In this document: positions 1 through 11,189 of the stretch, in pieces
Position numbering within the stretch: the first letter of the stretch is position 1
Layout: every line of letters starts with the position of its first letter
NCBI GenBank assembly: GCA_001949185.1
Contig: BDGG01000011.1
Location: 579,552 to 643,551, forward strand
From: Ramazzottius varieornatus
Taxonomy: Eukaryota; Animalia; Tardigrada
Length of the DNA stretch: 64,000 nucleotides
Reading direction: 5' to 3'
The notes under the pieces: model-generated
What the model saw: only the letters and a program-made list of their open reading frames with translations
Databases searched by the model: none
What the model was told of the DNA's origin: nothing
Program-made: the position numbers and the translations under genes

Positions 1-1275
1 CTTTCGGTTTCCACTGTATACATTATAGCTATCAGAGAAGTGTATGATCATTCCACCTGCTTTTAGCGATATCGAGTACACGTACGACCACCAGTTTGAG
101 TCAGCTGGAATTCAATAACAAGGTTGAATCACGTAAAGGTGGCATGTAGGCGTACGGTGCGCTTACGTGTGCATACGGGGCCAGATTATTTTCCCCGGTA
201 GCGCACGCTCCACCTAATTACACTGATAAAGTGCGCAACGTGGGGAAATAACCTGGTCGAGTTGTGCGCCGGGCTACCACTTACGTACGCTGTTTTGCTG
301 ATACAGTATCATTAGAGGTGCATACACTGTAAGTTGGAGAATGTTGCGATGAATTGTGGTGCTTCAGAAAAGGTGTGAAGTGAAACATCGACAATGAGTT
401 CTCTATTGGGCGAAGTTTAACTCATGGCTTTGGACCGCCACGCAGACGTATCCAGGTCAAAGCAAATATTGCGCAGCAATCGTCGATCTGGCCGAATGAT
501 GTACAAACACGGTCAGTCCACCGGACTTTGGTCGCTTATCATACTATTCACTCAAACACACACTTTCTCAGCGGAAAACCTCCACTGAACCCGTCCAATC
601 GGACCTTGTCATTTAGGTACCCAAGGCACGCACTTTAAGTCGCAGGCGAGAACCCCAAATTTTACTCGGAAGGAAACTGGAACGGCAGGTACGGAAGGGC
701 ACCAAACTGACTAGTTTAAGCTTTGCCACCCAAAGATATGCGAGAGCGCTCAGACTGGTGAACCATTAGCGTGAGAAAGAAATTCATGGTCATTTTTACG
801 AGCGAACGTTTTGTCGAGCACTAAAACATGCTAGAAAGCGTTTGCCACTCCAGTCAGTGTTATATTCGAGCTCTCAGTTCTTAGACCCTTCAAATGCTGT
901 TAGTAGCACGGTACGTGAGATCGAGCCAGAATAACAGTCGGCATTTACATAACAAACGAGGCAATAGGTATGCTGATCCGCTCTATAATAAAACGGCTGC
1001 AAATGCGCGCGTCACTGACCATAACGCCGATCCGCCAAAGTGCTCACTACAGTCCACGGTTCCCCTTCTAATATTCATCTCCCTCAGCGGACCGTGACGC
1101 CATCACAACCAAACTTGACTCTGATCGTCCACATTACGGTCGATTTTGAAGTTTTCGGCTACGAGGAAAATAACATTCTAAAATACCGAATTTACACCGA
1201 AAACTGAGAACCCGAATGAACCTCGAAATTTTATTTAAGTGGTTTTTGTTCCTTAGTGTTTTTTTCCCACACATA

Positions 1276-2009
1276 CAGGTTGATTCAGATCAAACCGACG
1301 GATTTTGAAAATCTATATCGAATCTGCTTTTGGCTCGTTACAGTGAGTCATCAGTCCCTTCGATAGATCAGCATCAGATCTTGATTTGTATGAGTTTTAT
1401 GGTCGTAACTTTGATCGCTTGATTGGTATGACCAACAGAAAACTACCCATTTTCCTGGTGAAAACTAGCCTTTATCAGCAAAATTTCTCTACTACTCGCG
1501 AAAGACTGTCGCGTTGCTCGTACTATTTTCTTGCGGTCAATAAATGTTTGAGGTAATTTATAAACATGATTTGATTACGTTTAAATCACTTCCGAAGAAC
1601 CAATTGAAAATGATCTATAAAATATTTTCAAATTTTTGCTTACTAACACGTTCAATGACCATCGTTTCCAACACGACAAGAAACTTCAGCAGAAGATTTA
1701 CTTTTCCGATACCACAATGCCGTCTCAACAAAACTGCATGAGCGGAATCTTTTCATGAATTTAGCGCAGTGGAACAGGAGCCCAAACTTGGCCATATTTC
1801 CACTTCGAAATACACTCTCGATTTCCAATTTCCGACTACTCAGGAGTTTTTGAAACTTGATTCCGACTCGATCGCGCGATCTCAATGAGATTTTCGGAAA
1901 ATAACCATAAGAATTTGGGATACTTGGGGACAAGATTTCGAGTCGAAGAAAGTATCACAGAATTTTTTAAAGCCTCTCAAAGTCCGTCGGCTTGATTTGA
2001 ATCAACCAG
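1276..2009. mobile_element. Non-autonomous DNA transposon (Tc1/mariner-pogo type) with ~35 bp TIRs
   Basis: Left end TA|CAGGTTGATTCAGATCAAACCGACGGATTTTGA matches the reverse complement of right end TCAAAGTCCGTCGGCTTGATTTGAATCAACCAG|TA; TA on both flanks; AT-rich interior with no credible ORF. Confidence 0.7.
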
Positions 2010-2272
2010 TATTGCTCTAATGTTTGGAAAGGTTTTCGTTTTGGGGTTATTCAGAAGACACGTTTGTTTCGTGTCTTTGTTCATTGGTTTACTTTTTAGT
2101 TTGAGAAAAGAGATGAGGTGCGAAGAGTACAAAAATAAATCACAGGAGCGAAGCATGTAAATAGTGAAGCAATTTGAGGAGAGTCAAGAGCAACAAGCTC
2201 ATACTTAAACTTTCAATTTTAGATTTCAGAAGAAAAGTCATTTGAGGCACAGTTCGGGAAAAAGAGGTCCCT

Positions 2273-3566
2273 TTAGTACTTCTTGTAGACTGATCGGTGT
2301 CCGTAGCTGGGTGCTTCGTAGGACGAGTGCTTCATGGGAGCGTAGCTTTCATAAGAAGGAGCTTCGTAGTTGGAGTACTTGGGTGATTCGTATGAGGAGT
2401 ATTTGGGCGACTCGTATTTCTCGTAGCTTCCATACGATGGCTTCTCGTACGAGTTGTAGGGCTCTTCCTTGTACAATGGGTTGCAGTAGCTATCAACCTG
2501 TAAAACGGCACAGAAAGCTCAATCAACCGTTTCTTCGTTGTATGCAAAAGAGATGAGAGCTCGACAAGCCAGCTCAACTTGATCGTTATCTCAAGTGGCG
2601 CAAGTTATCAGAGACTATAGCTGTACAGATGCACCACTTTGGAAACGATCAGAAGAAGTCTTCCCAAGTGGTTTTGGCTACGAGAGTCCGCCACTTGGTA
2701 AAAACTCTGGTTGGGTGTGCTTTTTGATCGCCAGAATACCGAAGAACTCTTACCTTGAAATGCCAGTCGCAAACTCCGAGGTAGTTGTTGAAGCGAGTGT
2801 AAGGTGGGCTGAAATCGGGGAATAAATGTTCGGTCTTGAATGTATGAAATGGTAGTTCAGGATAGTCTTACCAGTAGAGGACGTCGAGGCGACCATCGGC
2901 TTGGCAGACGCTGTAGCTCTTGCAGTCGTATTCAGCGTTTCCGTACATTCCTGGGTATTGACCGTAGCAGCTTCCGGTCACGTAGGGAGCTGCGTACTCA
3001 CTGCCGTATGATGAATACTTGGGCTGCTGGTATCCGCCATACTTGGGTGCGTATCCATAGGACCTGGCGAACACCATAGAAGTGAGCAAACACTACACGA
3101 ACCAGTCGTGGGTATTTATGAATTTCCCACATTCGGATATTTCTGCCCCTTTTTCTACGAAGGACCGATAGATCAAGGGTTCACCCGCCATAAGCTTGAC
3201 AGGTAATTCCGCAGAAAGATGGCGGCATTCACTCTACGCGGCAAGCAAACCGGACAAGATTGTTTTTGCAAGTGGCGCAAATTTGCGGCTCGATTAGCTG
3301 ACAGTGTGCGCCACTTGGAAAGTCGACCTTGTCGGGTTCTGTTTGCCGAGCTCCCAATTGACCACGCTGGTAACATTGTAATTTAACCGTGGAAAAACCA
3401 ATTCATACCCGTAGGAACTTTCGGCAGCAACAGGTTGTTCGGCGTTGGTTGAGGCTGCTGCTTGCGGTTGAGCTTGGTTGGTTTCAGGTTGGGCACCGGC
3501 TAGGGCGGCTGCCGAAGCGTAGGAACAAAGTCCACACAGAAGGAAGACGACAAGTCGGGAAGCCAT
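2273..3566 (-). CDS. Secreted Tyr/Ser-rich protein with one chitin-binding type-2 (peritrophin-A/CBM14) domain; probable cuticular protein
   Basis: Four GT-AG exons join in frame: 3566-3409, 3063-2872, 2808-2754, 2497-2273. Signal peptide MASRLVVFLLCGLCSYASA; spliced six-Cys domain CYGQYPGMYGNAEYDCKSYSVCQADGRLDVLYCPPYTRFNNYLGVCDWHFKVDSYC; C-terminal YE(S/K/A)P(K/S)Y repeats. Confidence 0.85.
2555..2735. repeat. Palindromic 27-nt-spacer element (one clear unit plus a degenerate second unit) in intron 3 of the chitin-binding gene
   Basis: AAGTGGCGCA 2593-2602, 27-nt spacer, TGCACCACTT 2630-2639; a second CCCAAGTGG...CCGCCACTTGG follows about 72 bp later. Confidence 0.75.
3238..3356. repeat. 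Palindromic 27-nt-spacer element in intron 1 of the chitin-binding gene
   Basis: AAGTGGCGCA 3270-3279, 27 nt, TGCGCCACTT 3307-3316; outer arm ...CTTGTCGGGTTCTGTTTGCCGAGCTCCCA. Confidence 0.8.
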
Positions 3567-4222
3567 CTGGGATTGATCGACGAAACACAAGGCAAGGAAC
3601 CTGACTGACTGCGCCAAGTGATGGGGTAATCCTTGATGAAAGACTTGGGCAGATGGAAGGATGGATGGATGGAAGATGTCGAAAGCTGAATGATGATGTG
3701 GAAAAGATATCTACTTGGTCTTTTTAAAGGTCTGCCAGATCTCATGTGTCTCGTACAAGTTGGTGAAGTACTCGTCGGTCGATGGATGTCCGTACGAAGT
3801 GACGAAGATGGTTGCGTTCGGTTCCGGAGATTGTCTGTGTATGGTGTATGTGCATGAGTGAAGCTCTGTGCCGGTCAGGGAGAAGGACCCATCTTGAAGC
3901 TTACATCCTAATTGCTCATCAATATCGCACACACTCTCTTGCCCGTTCATATCGGCCTCAAGTACCCAACCAATATCCCCCTCTTCATCTCAATTTCTAC
4001 CGCACTTGTTATCCAACACACCAGACATCGCAGTGAGCTTTACACAATAACATAAACAACCACACTGACAGAAACCAGATCTGTTATTAAGTTCCTAACA
4101 CGAGAATACCCATAAATCGTGTGGGGGGAATTCTTCTCATCAAAATTATCTCTCCGTAATTTTCACAACGGTTGGAAGACTTGAATGAAACTTCAACTGC
4201 GTAAGGATTTTCGCTTCAATTG

Positions 4223-4400
4223 TGGAAGCTCGGCAAACAAATTCGACAAGATCGTTCTGTCATAGCACCGCAGGCTTCCAGCCAAGCACACTGACAACGT
4301 ACGCCGTTCGAGAAACCTTGCTGCTATCGTTTTCGCAAGTGGCGCACCGTTTCAGTACTAACAGCAGGAATCGTGCCTCACTTGAAAAAACGCTCCTGTC
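4223..4400. repeat. Palindromic 27-nt-spacer element, two tandem units, intergenic
   Basis: Outer arm TGGAAGCTCGGCAAACAAATTCGACAAGATCGTT; degenerate unit with spacer 4273-4299; second unit AAGTGGCGCA 4337-4346, 27 nt, TGCCTCACTT. Confidence 0.75.
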
Positions 4401-5119
4401 AAGGAGCACAGCAGGACAGAGTTAGCAGCGAGTTTTTCGTGGCGTTCTCGTATTTCGTTATGGGTAATTTCTGAAGTAGCCGAATTTCACAAAGTCTTGG
4501 CTCTAAGAATAGATAGAAATTATAGAAGGCGGATATGGCATAACGGAAGATGATTGACACGCTTATGGTCGTCTCGGTTTGTATTTCCGGTTGCATTTGG
4601 TGGGTACTTTGCATGTTTGGGAAGCCATGTTTGATGAAGCAGGTGAGTGGCGCTATAGTGGTCGGTACTTTACTGGTTCGATCAGGCTGGGATGGTGGCT
4701 CTAAGCTGCCATGTCGGACAGGTTAATATATGCGGTGGACTTGATGGCTACCTCACTTATTATCATCCAACCATGCAAACCGACCAAATAGGAATCCAGC
4801 CAGTCATCGAGCTTCAGGACTACGAGTATAACGGACCCACTTCCGCCTTTCCTTAAGCATTTTTCAACCGGTATAAAATTCCCCCATGCGAATATCACAG
4901 GTCTGTTCTTGCGATAAAAACATTTATCGACATAATTTGAAAATTATACTACAAAAGCAAACAAAATTTCCCCCGTTATTTCCAACCCTAGAAAATTTAA
5001 AACCGCGAAAGTATTTCTTTTTCAAGATTCTTTTGCGGGTTGCTTTTCTTGTGGGACTTCTAGAACGAAACATATTATCTCAGAAAACAAATTGTTTTCC
5101 GTGATTTTTGCCGTTTACC

Positions 5120-8100
5120 TCAGAACATTCCTTGGTTGCGTTTGTGTTGTCCACCGGCTTTCCTGTTATGGTTCGCCGCATGGGCCTTATTCTTTTCCTT
5201 GTGAGCTCGTTCCCTCGCTTCTTGCTGACTACCCGGCAGGCCAGAAGAACCAACAGGTGGTCGAGCATTCTCTCCACTTCCGCCGGGACGCCGCGCCACT
5301 TGTCGGTTATAGTTGTCGGCCATTTGTCTTGCCCAGAGATCAGCTGGCCGCTGCTCCCGCTCACCTTCCGGCTCATCCTCTTCCTCAACCAGGTTCCTTC
5401 TTCTCTCGCCTTGTCCTGCTCGATTCAGGTTGGGCGGAATGACGTCAATCTTCCGTCCCTGCGCATCCCTGTCGGAAGGCAGGTCGACGTTGCCCACATT
5501 ACTGTCCTTCCTACAAGGAAACCAGTTTTAATTCTATTCTCATTTCAGTCTGATATTTACATCTTACTGAATTCTCTGGAAAAAGTAACCATGATTTGAG
5601 CCGTTGACACTTGGACTCACCCGCATCGTTCTTTGAAGTGGCGCACGTTTCTGGTCAGTAACACTATAAGGCTGCGCCACTTTCGAAATCTCGACATGGT
5701 CGCTTTCAAGTGGCGCACGCGTTCGGCCAATAGCAACAGAAACGTGCGCTGTTTGTGAAAGCAATCTTGTCGAGCTTGGTTATCGAGCTCCCTTTTACCG
5801 TTTACCTTAGGTCGGCGAGTTCTTTGACCACCGGGTCCTGTTTATCGTTGAGATGGACATGGGCTTCAGCAGCCTCGAACTCGTCATATGTATCGTCATA
5901 CTCGTCATCGTACATCTGCTGTACTCGCGCAATGGTGATCTGCCGAGTCTCATCGTTAATCATCTCGTCGGCCACTTCTTCATATGCACTAGAGCAAACA
6001 AGAAAATCCATTCGCTGACTACCAATGTTTGGGTTTGAACGGTGGATCTACAGGACTGAAACACTCAACATACTCTCGTTTTCCATAGTAGACTTTATCG
6101 ATGACGGAAGATGTGGCACCAGTGGGTAGGACGTTGGGGCGAACGACTTCTCGGCTGTCAAACACCGTTTGCCAGGGCTGTTCCAACTCCACTTGAGTTT
6201 TCTGCTGTCTTTCCGGCTGTACAGCCGGCTTTGGTTCTTCTTTGACCATAGGACCGACCGGAGCTGTTCCGCTAAGGATACCATCTACCGTCGCGTTCAA
6301 ATCGTACTTGTAATGCACGACACACACCTTGGTAAACAGAAAACCATTATTGCTCTGGAAGAGACACATGCTAGTTAAAGCACAGGAAGGAGACGTACCT
6401 GAACGTAGGAAGGTTCGAGGTTCATCTCAGCCAGCATATCCAGTACTTGCTGACTGACTTCTTGGGCCTTGCTGTCAGCCAGTACGTTGTCGCCTGACGT
6501 TCCACTCTTCTCTGCAGTCGCAACAGGTTTCGTCGAACTGGGATGTGGACTGTCGTGCTGCGTGAAAGGAGCATTTGGTGCCCTGCTTTTCGCGGCTCCA
6601 CTTCGAGAGTAGTCCTAGAAAAAAATATCAGAAACTGGATCTCGGCGAGCAAACTGGAGATGATCGTTCTTCCCAAGTGGCGCACGCGTTCAGCCTGGAA
6701 CACTGGGAACGTCCGCCACTTGGGAAACGATCTCGCCGAGGTCGTTTCCGGAGCCAAAGCTGTGATTGTGACGTAAACGTTCGATAAATGATCGGCTTCA
6801 AACTTGCCCAGGTCAACTTGTGCTGGAGGTGCGCTTCCTTGATGGTATGGGCCAGAATGTCCACGGCGGCTTCGTCCAGCTTGTCTTTGCCTTCCGGGGA
6901 AGACTGTAGGCGGACGATGTCTGGCCTTATCGGCGCCCACTTCTCGTAGACGATGGTGAAGAGCGGCGAACGCCCGAAGACTTCTAGCAGGTTTGACAAC
7001 GACTCAGCAGCGGAAATCTCCTTGCCGCCTATCAGAAGTAAGGACACCACAGTCGGTACTCTGACAGCTCGTTCGTAACTACTCGGTTTGTCATGCGTAC
7101 CGTGAGTGGGAGGTTCGGGTGACAAAGCCGGAGTTTGGAGTCGTCGGTAGACATCGACGATAGCTTGCTCCATCAGGACACCTTTATCCTTGGCGACGGT
7201 CAGTAACTGGAAAGTTACACGATCTTGCGTGCCGGGAGAGCGTTGCGCGGCACGAGCCAGTATCTCGCGGTTGAGCTTCCACACTACATTTTCCGTCAGT
7301 TGTACTAACCTGCAAGAGATACGGTGTAGCGGAATTTCTAACGCGTTCAGCCGTAGGGGGTTACATTGCAGCCCAGTTTTCTCCACGTCGTACCATTTTT
7401 CTACGAGATACCTGGCAAGGCCGTGCCGGTACCTCAGCCCTTTTTCTATGAAATATGCGGAACCTGTCAAGGTCGTGCCCGGCACGGATTTGACAAGCAT
7501 TCTCGTGGGAAGAAGGGCAGCACACACTCAGCGTTCAAAGTAACCTGCCGTAACTTCTTGCTGCATGACCTTCGCCTTAGACGGAAAATACCAACATGGA
7601 ATGGAACTTGACTTCTCGAAAGATGGCAGTGATGTCGTAGTCGGCCAGAAGGAGAAGCCGGTGAACGGTGCAGGTGATATCGCAAAGGTAGCCAATAATG
7701 GCCACCAAATCGTCAGTGGGCATGTTCGCCACGGAAGGCTGATCCGGGTCCGACAGCTTCTCCTCGATAGGTTGAAAGAGCTATAAATATGAAAAAGGAA
7801 GTAAGCACAATACATGGGAAACAGTGCGGTGACAGTTACCATTTCGCCGATGTCGCGAAGACTTCGTCGCAGGTCGCTATACAGTCGTCGGTTGATCACA
7901 AAGAACGCCATCAAGGCGTTGCTCATCACTCTGTACAGCTCCGCCTGCGTGGGCTGGAAGAAGGCACAAAAATCTAGGAGTAAAGGAAGCTTGATAAACT
8001 TCTGGACCAGTTCCGAATGTTTGGCGGACGAAATGTGCTCTTTCTGCAACCAAAAAGGAGGTACACAATGCCATAGGGAACCGGAAGTCAATTCAAGCCA

Positions 8101-8850
8101 ATCGAAGCCGACTCGTTTGATTGAGTGTCTAAGCGGCAATAAAGAGCTACAAGACTACAATAACTAGTTGCTAATCGGCTGACGCGGGTTGATTGGAGCA
8201 GCTTGATTGACTGCACAGCGTGATTAATCCTGAATTTCAAGTTTTGAATCCGAAAATATTTTCCCCCTCTTGGTGAAAGAAGCTTTGTATCGACTAACTC
8301 GAGAACGATGAGTTTTGCTGATGGTGACGAGGCATAGAACGAACATGGCGGTAATCCTAGCCAGGAGAGCAGCGTCATCAGGATGTTCGACATTGACCAG
8401 ATCGTAGGCGCGTGTGCCATTAGTGCTGAAGGAGCGCAAAAACTCCAGCAGTTCCGCTGGTGCGAAAGCCACGTGACACCAGAAGCGATCGTAAGACATG
8501 GAGGAGGTCAGCATGCGTAGTTGCTCGGCGTACGCCTGAGCTGCGCTTCGCCACGCCGTCAAGGCATCCTTCTTGTCCATCACACCGGGATACCGAATGT
8601 AGCGCGCTGTCAAGGCCATCCTTGGCCACTGCTCACTCTGTAACAGGGTGAGGAACGTGAGAAAACAGAGTCAACTGCATATTTTGGAACTCACCAGAGC
8701 AGGAATTTCTACAAGCTTTCCTCGCGGATCGAGGATGGAGTGATACAACTGATCCACAGGTGTGCCTTGGAGTTCGGCCTGCTTTCCATCCCTGGTAGTG
8801 TCCGTGGTGTCCAGCATGTTCGGCGCCATGGTTTCTTCCTTCAGCTTCAT
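5120..8850 (-). CDS. ASCC2: Activating signal cointegrator 1 complex subunit 2 (CUE-domain ubiquitin-binding protein), about 9 exons
   Basis: N-terminal SYDRFWCHVAF...LLEFLRSF and FIKLPLLLDFCAFF blocks; CUE-like segment (GFLFTKVCVVHYKYDLNATVDGIL); acidic YDDEYDDTYD motif; C-terminus KEKNKAHAANHNRKAGGQHKRNQGMF matching the conserved ASCC2 tail. Start codon (8850 or 8829) and some internal junctions are approximate. Confidence 0.85.
5620..5791. repeat. Palindromic 27-nt-spacer element, two tandem units, in the last ASCC2 intron
   Basis: Cores at 5636-5645/5673-5682 and 5708-5717/5745-5754, both with 27-nt spacers, 72-bp period; outer arm ATCTTGTCGAGC...GAGCTCCC. Confidence 0.8.
6636..6755. repeat. 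Palindromic 27-nt-spacer element in an ASCC2 intron
   Basis: GATCGTTCTTCCCAAGTGGCGCA (core 6675-6684), 27 nt, TCCGCCACTTGGGAAACGATC. Confidence 0.8.
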
Positions 8851-10216
8851 CAGGGTCCGGATCCGAAGTCCGCTGACAGCTGATAGCAGTACTTGTGGAA
8901 ACTGGGAAGAGTCTGGGAAGAAACAACGAAAAGCCAAAATAAACTGATTTCTCCTTGCCACTGATGAGCTGCTGTACTTCGCCGACCAAAATTGATTGGC
9001 TTGAATGCTGCTGGAGAATCACGATTGATTGATCGTTCGACAGTACAGTGAGTTTATGCACGGCGAAGTAGTACTGCAGGCTGCAGTAGAGCTGCAGTAC
9101 CTCGCTGTTTGCAAACGACGGCCTGCCAAAACACGAGCTGACTCAACAGCCTCCGTAGATAGCTGATGAACGCCCATCTACCGTTACGTCGGACGTCGGG
9201 GAACCAAGCAGTGATCTGACTTTTTACGAATCATGAATAATATGATAAATTGCAGAAACACTCTGATCCGCATCGCTGAAAACATTATTCTCAGATTTCG
9301 GAGATTTAAAAAATTTAAAAAGTGCTGCCCAGTGTATCGACTTTCCCGTGAGAGTACGACGGAAAGGTTGGTTTACTTGATTTTATTCATTTATTCATTT
9401 GGTCGTATGGTCGATGACGTAACGAATATTCGCTCCGCCTTAATATTCGCTCAATGAGATCAATCAACCGTTGGACCCTGTGTCTCACTCTCCAGCAAGG
9501 CGAGGTACAGCACCTCATCAGTGATGAAGCGGATAGCGATTAGCGAAGAATGGATGAGATGAAACACTGTGTAGAAACAGGGTGTTGGGGCTGCCCAACA
9601 CCCTGTCTTGTCGCTTGACAGATCCTTCATTTCTATTTCTCTTAGCACCTTCATGAACAGTTACTGCTTGTGACTTTGTTTACCTTTTAAAACTTCACAA
9701 ACTTTGTTTGCCTTTCGTCATGTTTCCACTTGTCGCGCACTCCTGCGGAATTGTTGAGGCCCGGTCGACTTAACAGACTTACAACGGTGCCAGCTGAGAG
9801 TGCTGAGGCAGAAGCAGGAGGGATGCGCTGATGGTCTTTGTGAGGAATTCCCGAATTGAAAGTGACAAGCTGCCATCGGATTCAGCCTTTCACTGGTAAG
9901 TGAGCATTAAGCATCCATTCTCACAAGTTCCGTACTCTTCAGTTGTCTCTACAGGAGCTTTTCCTTTGGTATGGGTATTTTCTGACGAGGTATTGCCATT
10001 CAGATGGGGCCAGAAGAGCAAACTTTGAGCTGTGCGAAGCATGGGCCAAATGTGTGTTTTCTCTCCGTAGACCCGCATGACGTCAGTGCGAAGTGTGATA
10101 TTCGCATGAAGTTCTCTGATAGAGTGCGCGTCTGGTTCAGGGCGCGAACATGAGTTTCTCACATTGCCTGCATATCTTTGTACCCCTTTAGCTTCTGGAA
10201 CCTTCTTAATTCAGGA

Positions 10217-11189
10217 ATGACTTCGACATACGGAGCAGGATCTCGTGTTAGTCTAGCGTTGTCAAATGCCAGCCTGAAACCACAAGGAAGTGAGCGTTTG
10301 TGGAAGCCCACAGTTTCCGGGCCGGATTATACCACCACAACCTACGGCATCCTCAAGATTCTGATTATTGTGAGTCCGTGACCACTTTCTTATGATATGA
10401 GACCACATACCGGTTGAAGATTTCTTTTTTCGTCTACAGGGTTTCAGCGTTGCGGGCTTCATCTCGTTGATGATAACCGTGGGGCGGCACGTGGATAGTG
10501 GCCGCTACGGAAGCTATTTTTCGTGTACGGCGCTCACAGCCATCACTTACGCAATCGTCTTCGCGTTCAGCAGACTGCGAGTTTTTGATCCTCGCAAGCC
10601 ATCCCTTCCTCATCAAATAGTAAGTTCGGTGAGAAGGGTACCAAACGAAATGTGTAGGATTAGTATCTTAGGCTGCGCACGCTTGTAGCCAAAACCAATG
10701 GCACCGTGTGCCACTTGGGACGACGGTCCTGCACGTTTCGTTTGTCGGTTTCCCAGTTTATGTATTGACTTTTCAGTAATTTTAGCTGAGTTTTTTACTG
10801 TTGCAGGAGCGATTAGCGGGAGTGACTTTCCTCATATGGAACTTCGTCTCAGCCTGCCTGATCGCACCAGAACCAAAGGCACCCCAAATTCCCGACGTTC
10901 CCTATCACGAGCAGGTACACTGTCGGAGCGGCCTTCCTGACGAAATTTGCCGGGGCAGTACCATGTTTTCCACCGTAAGTGGTCGCTCACGGTTTCTGCG
11001 TACCTCGAATCAAGTTGGTAATCACTGGGCCGTGAACAGGTGGTGGGTTTCTTCCTGAGTTTACTTTTGGTGGTCAACTTTGTGCTGGCTGTCTACTGGG
11101 GACCGCCACTTCGTTACTCGATGCGCTTCAAGAACCTGACCGAAGGCGAGAAATACAACAATTTCACCAACGTGCTCGACGAAGAATAG
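10217..11189 (+). CDS. MARVEL/CMTM-like four-transmembrane protein
   Basis: Exons 10217-10369, 10440-10619, 10807-10974, 11040-11189 are joined by phase-0 GT-AG introns; four hydrophobic segments; TTYGILKILII resembles the T..GILK start of MARVEL domains. Confidence 0.65.
10630..10756. repeat. Palindromic 27-nt-spacer element in intron 2 of the MARVEL-like gene
   Basis: GCGCA 10675-10679, 27 nt, TGTGCCACTTGGG; outer arm GTTTCGTTTGTCGGTTTCCCA. Confidence 0.65.

Noticed and set aside
5620-5791. CRISPR-like repeat-spacer array reading of the palindromic element
   Set aside because: At most two units per locus, dispersed in a eukaryotic genome, no cas genes, and the spacers share a residual palindromic consensus, so they descend from one ancestor rather than being acquired sequences.
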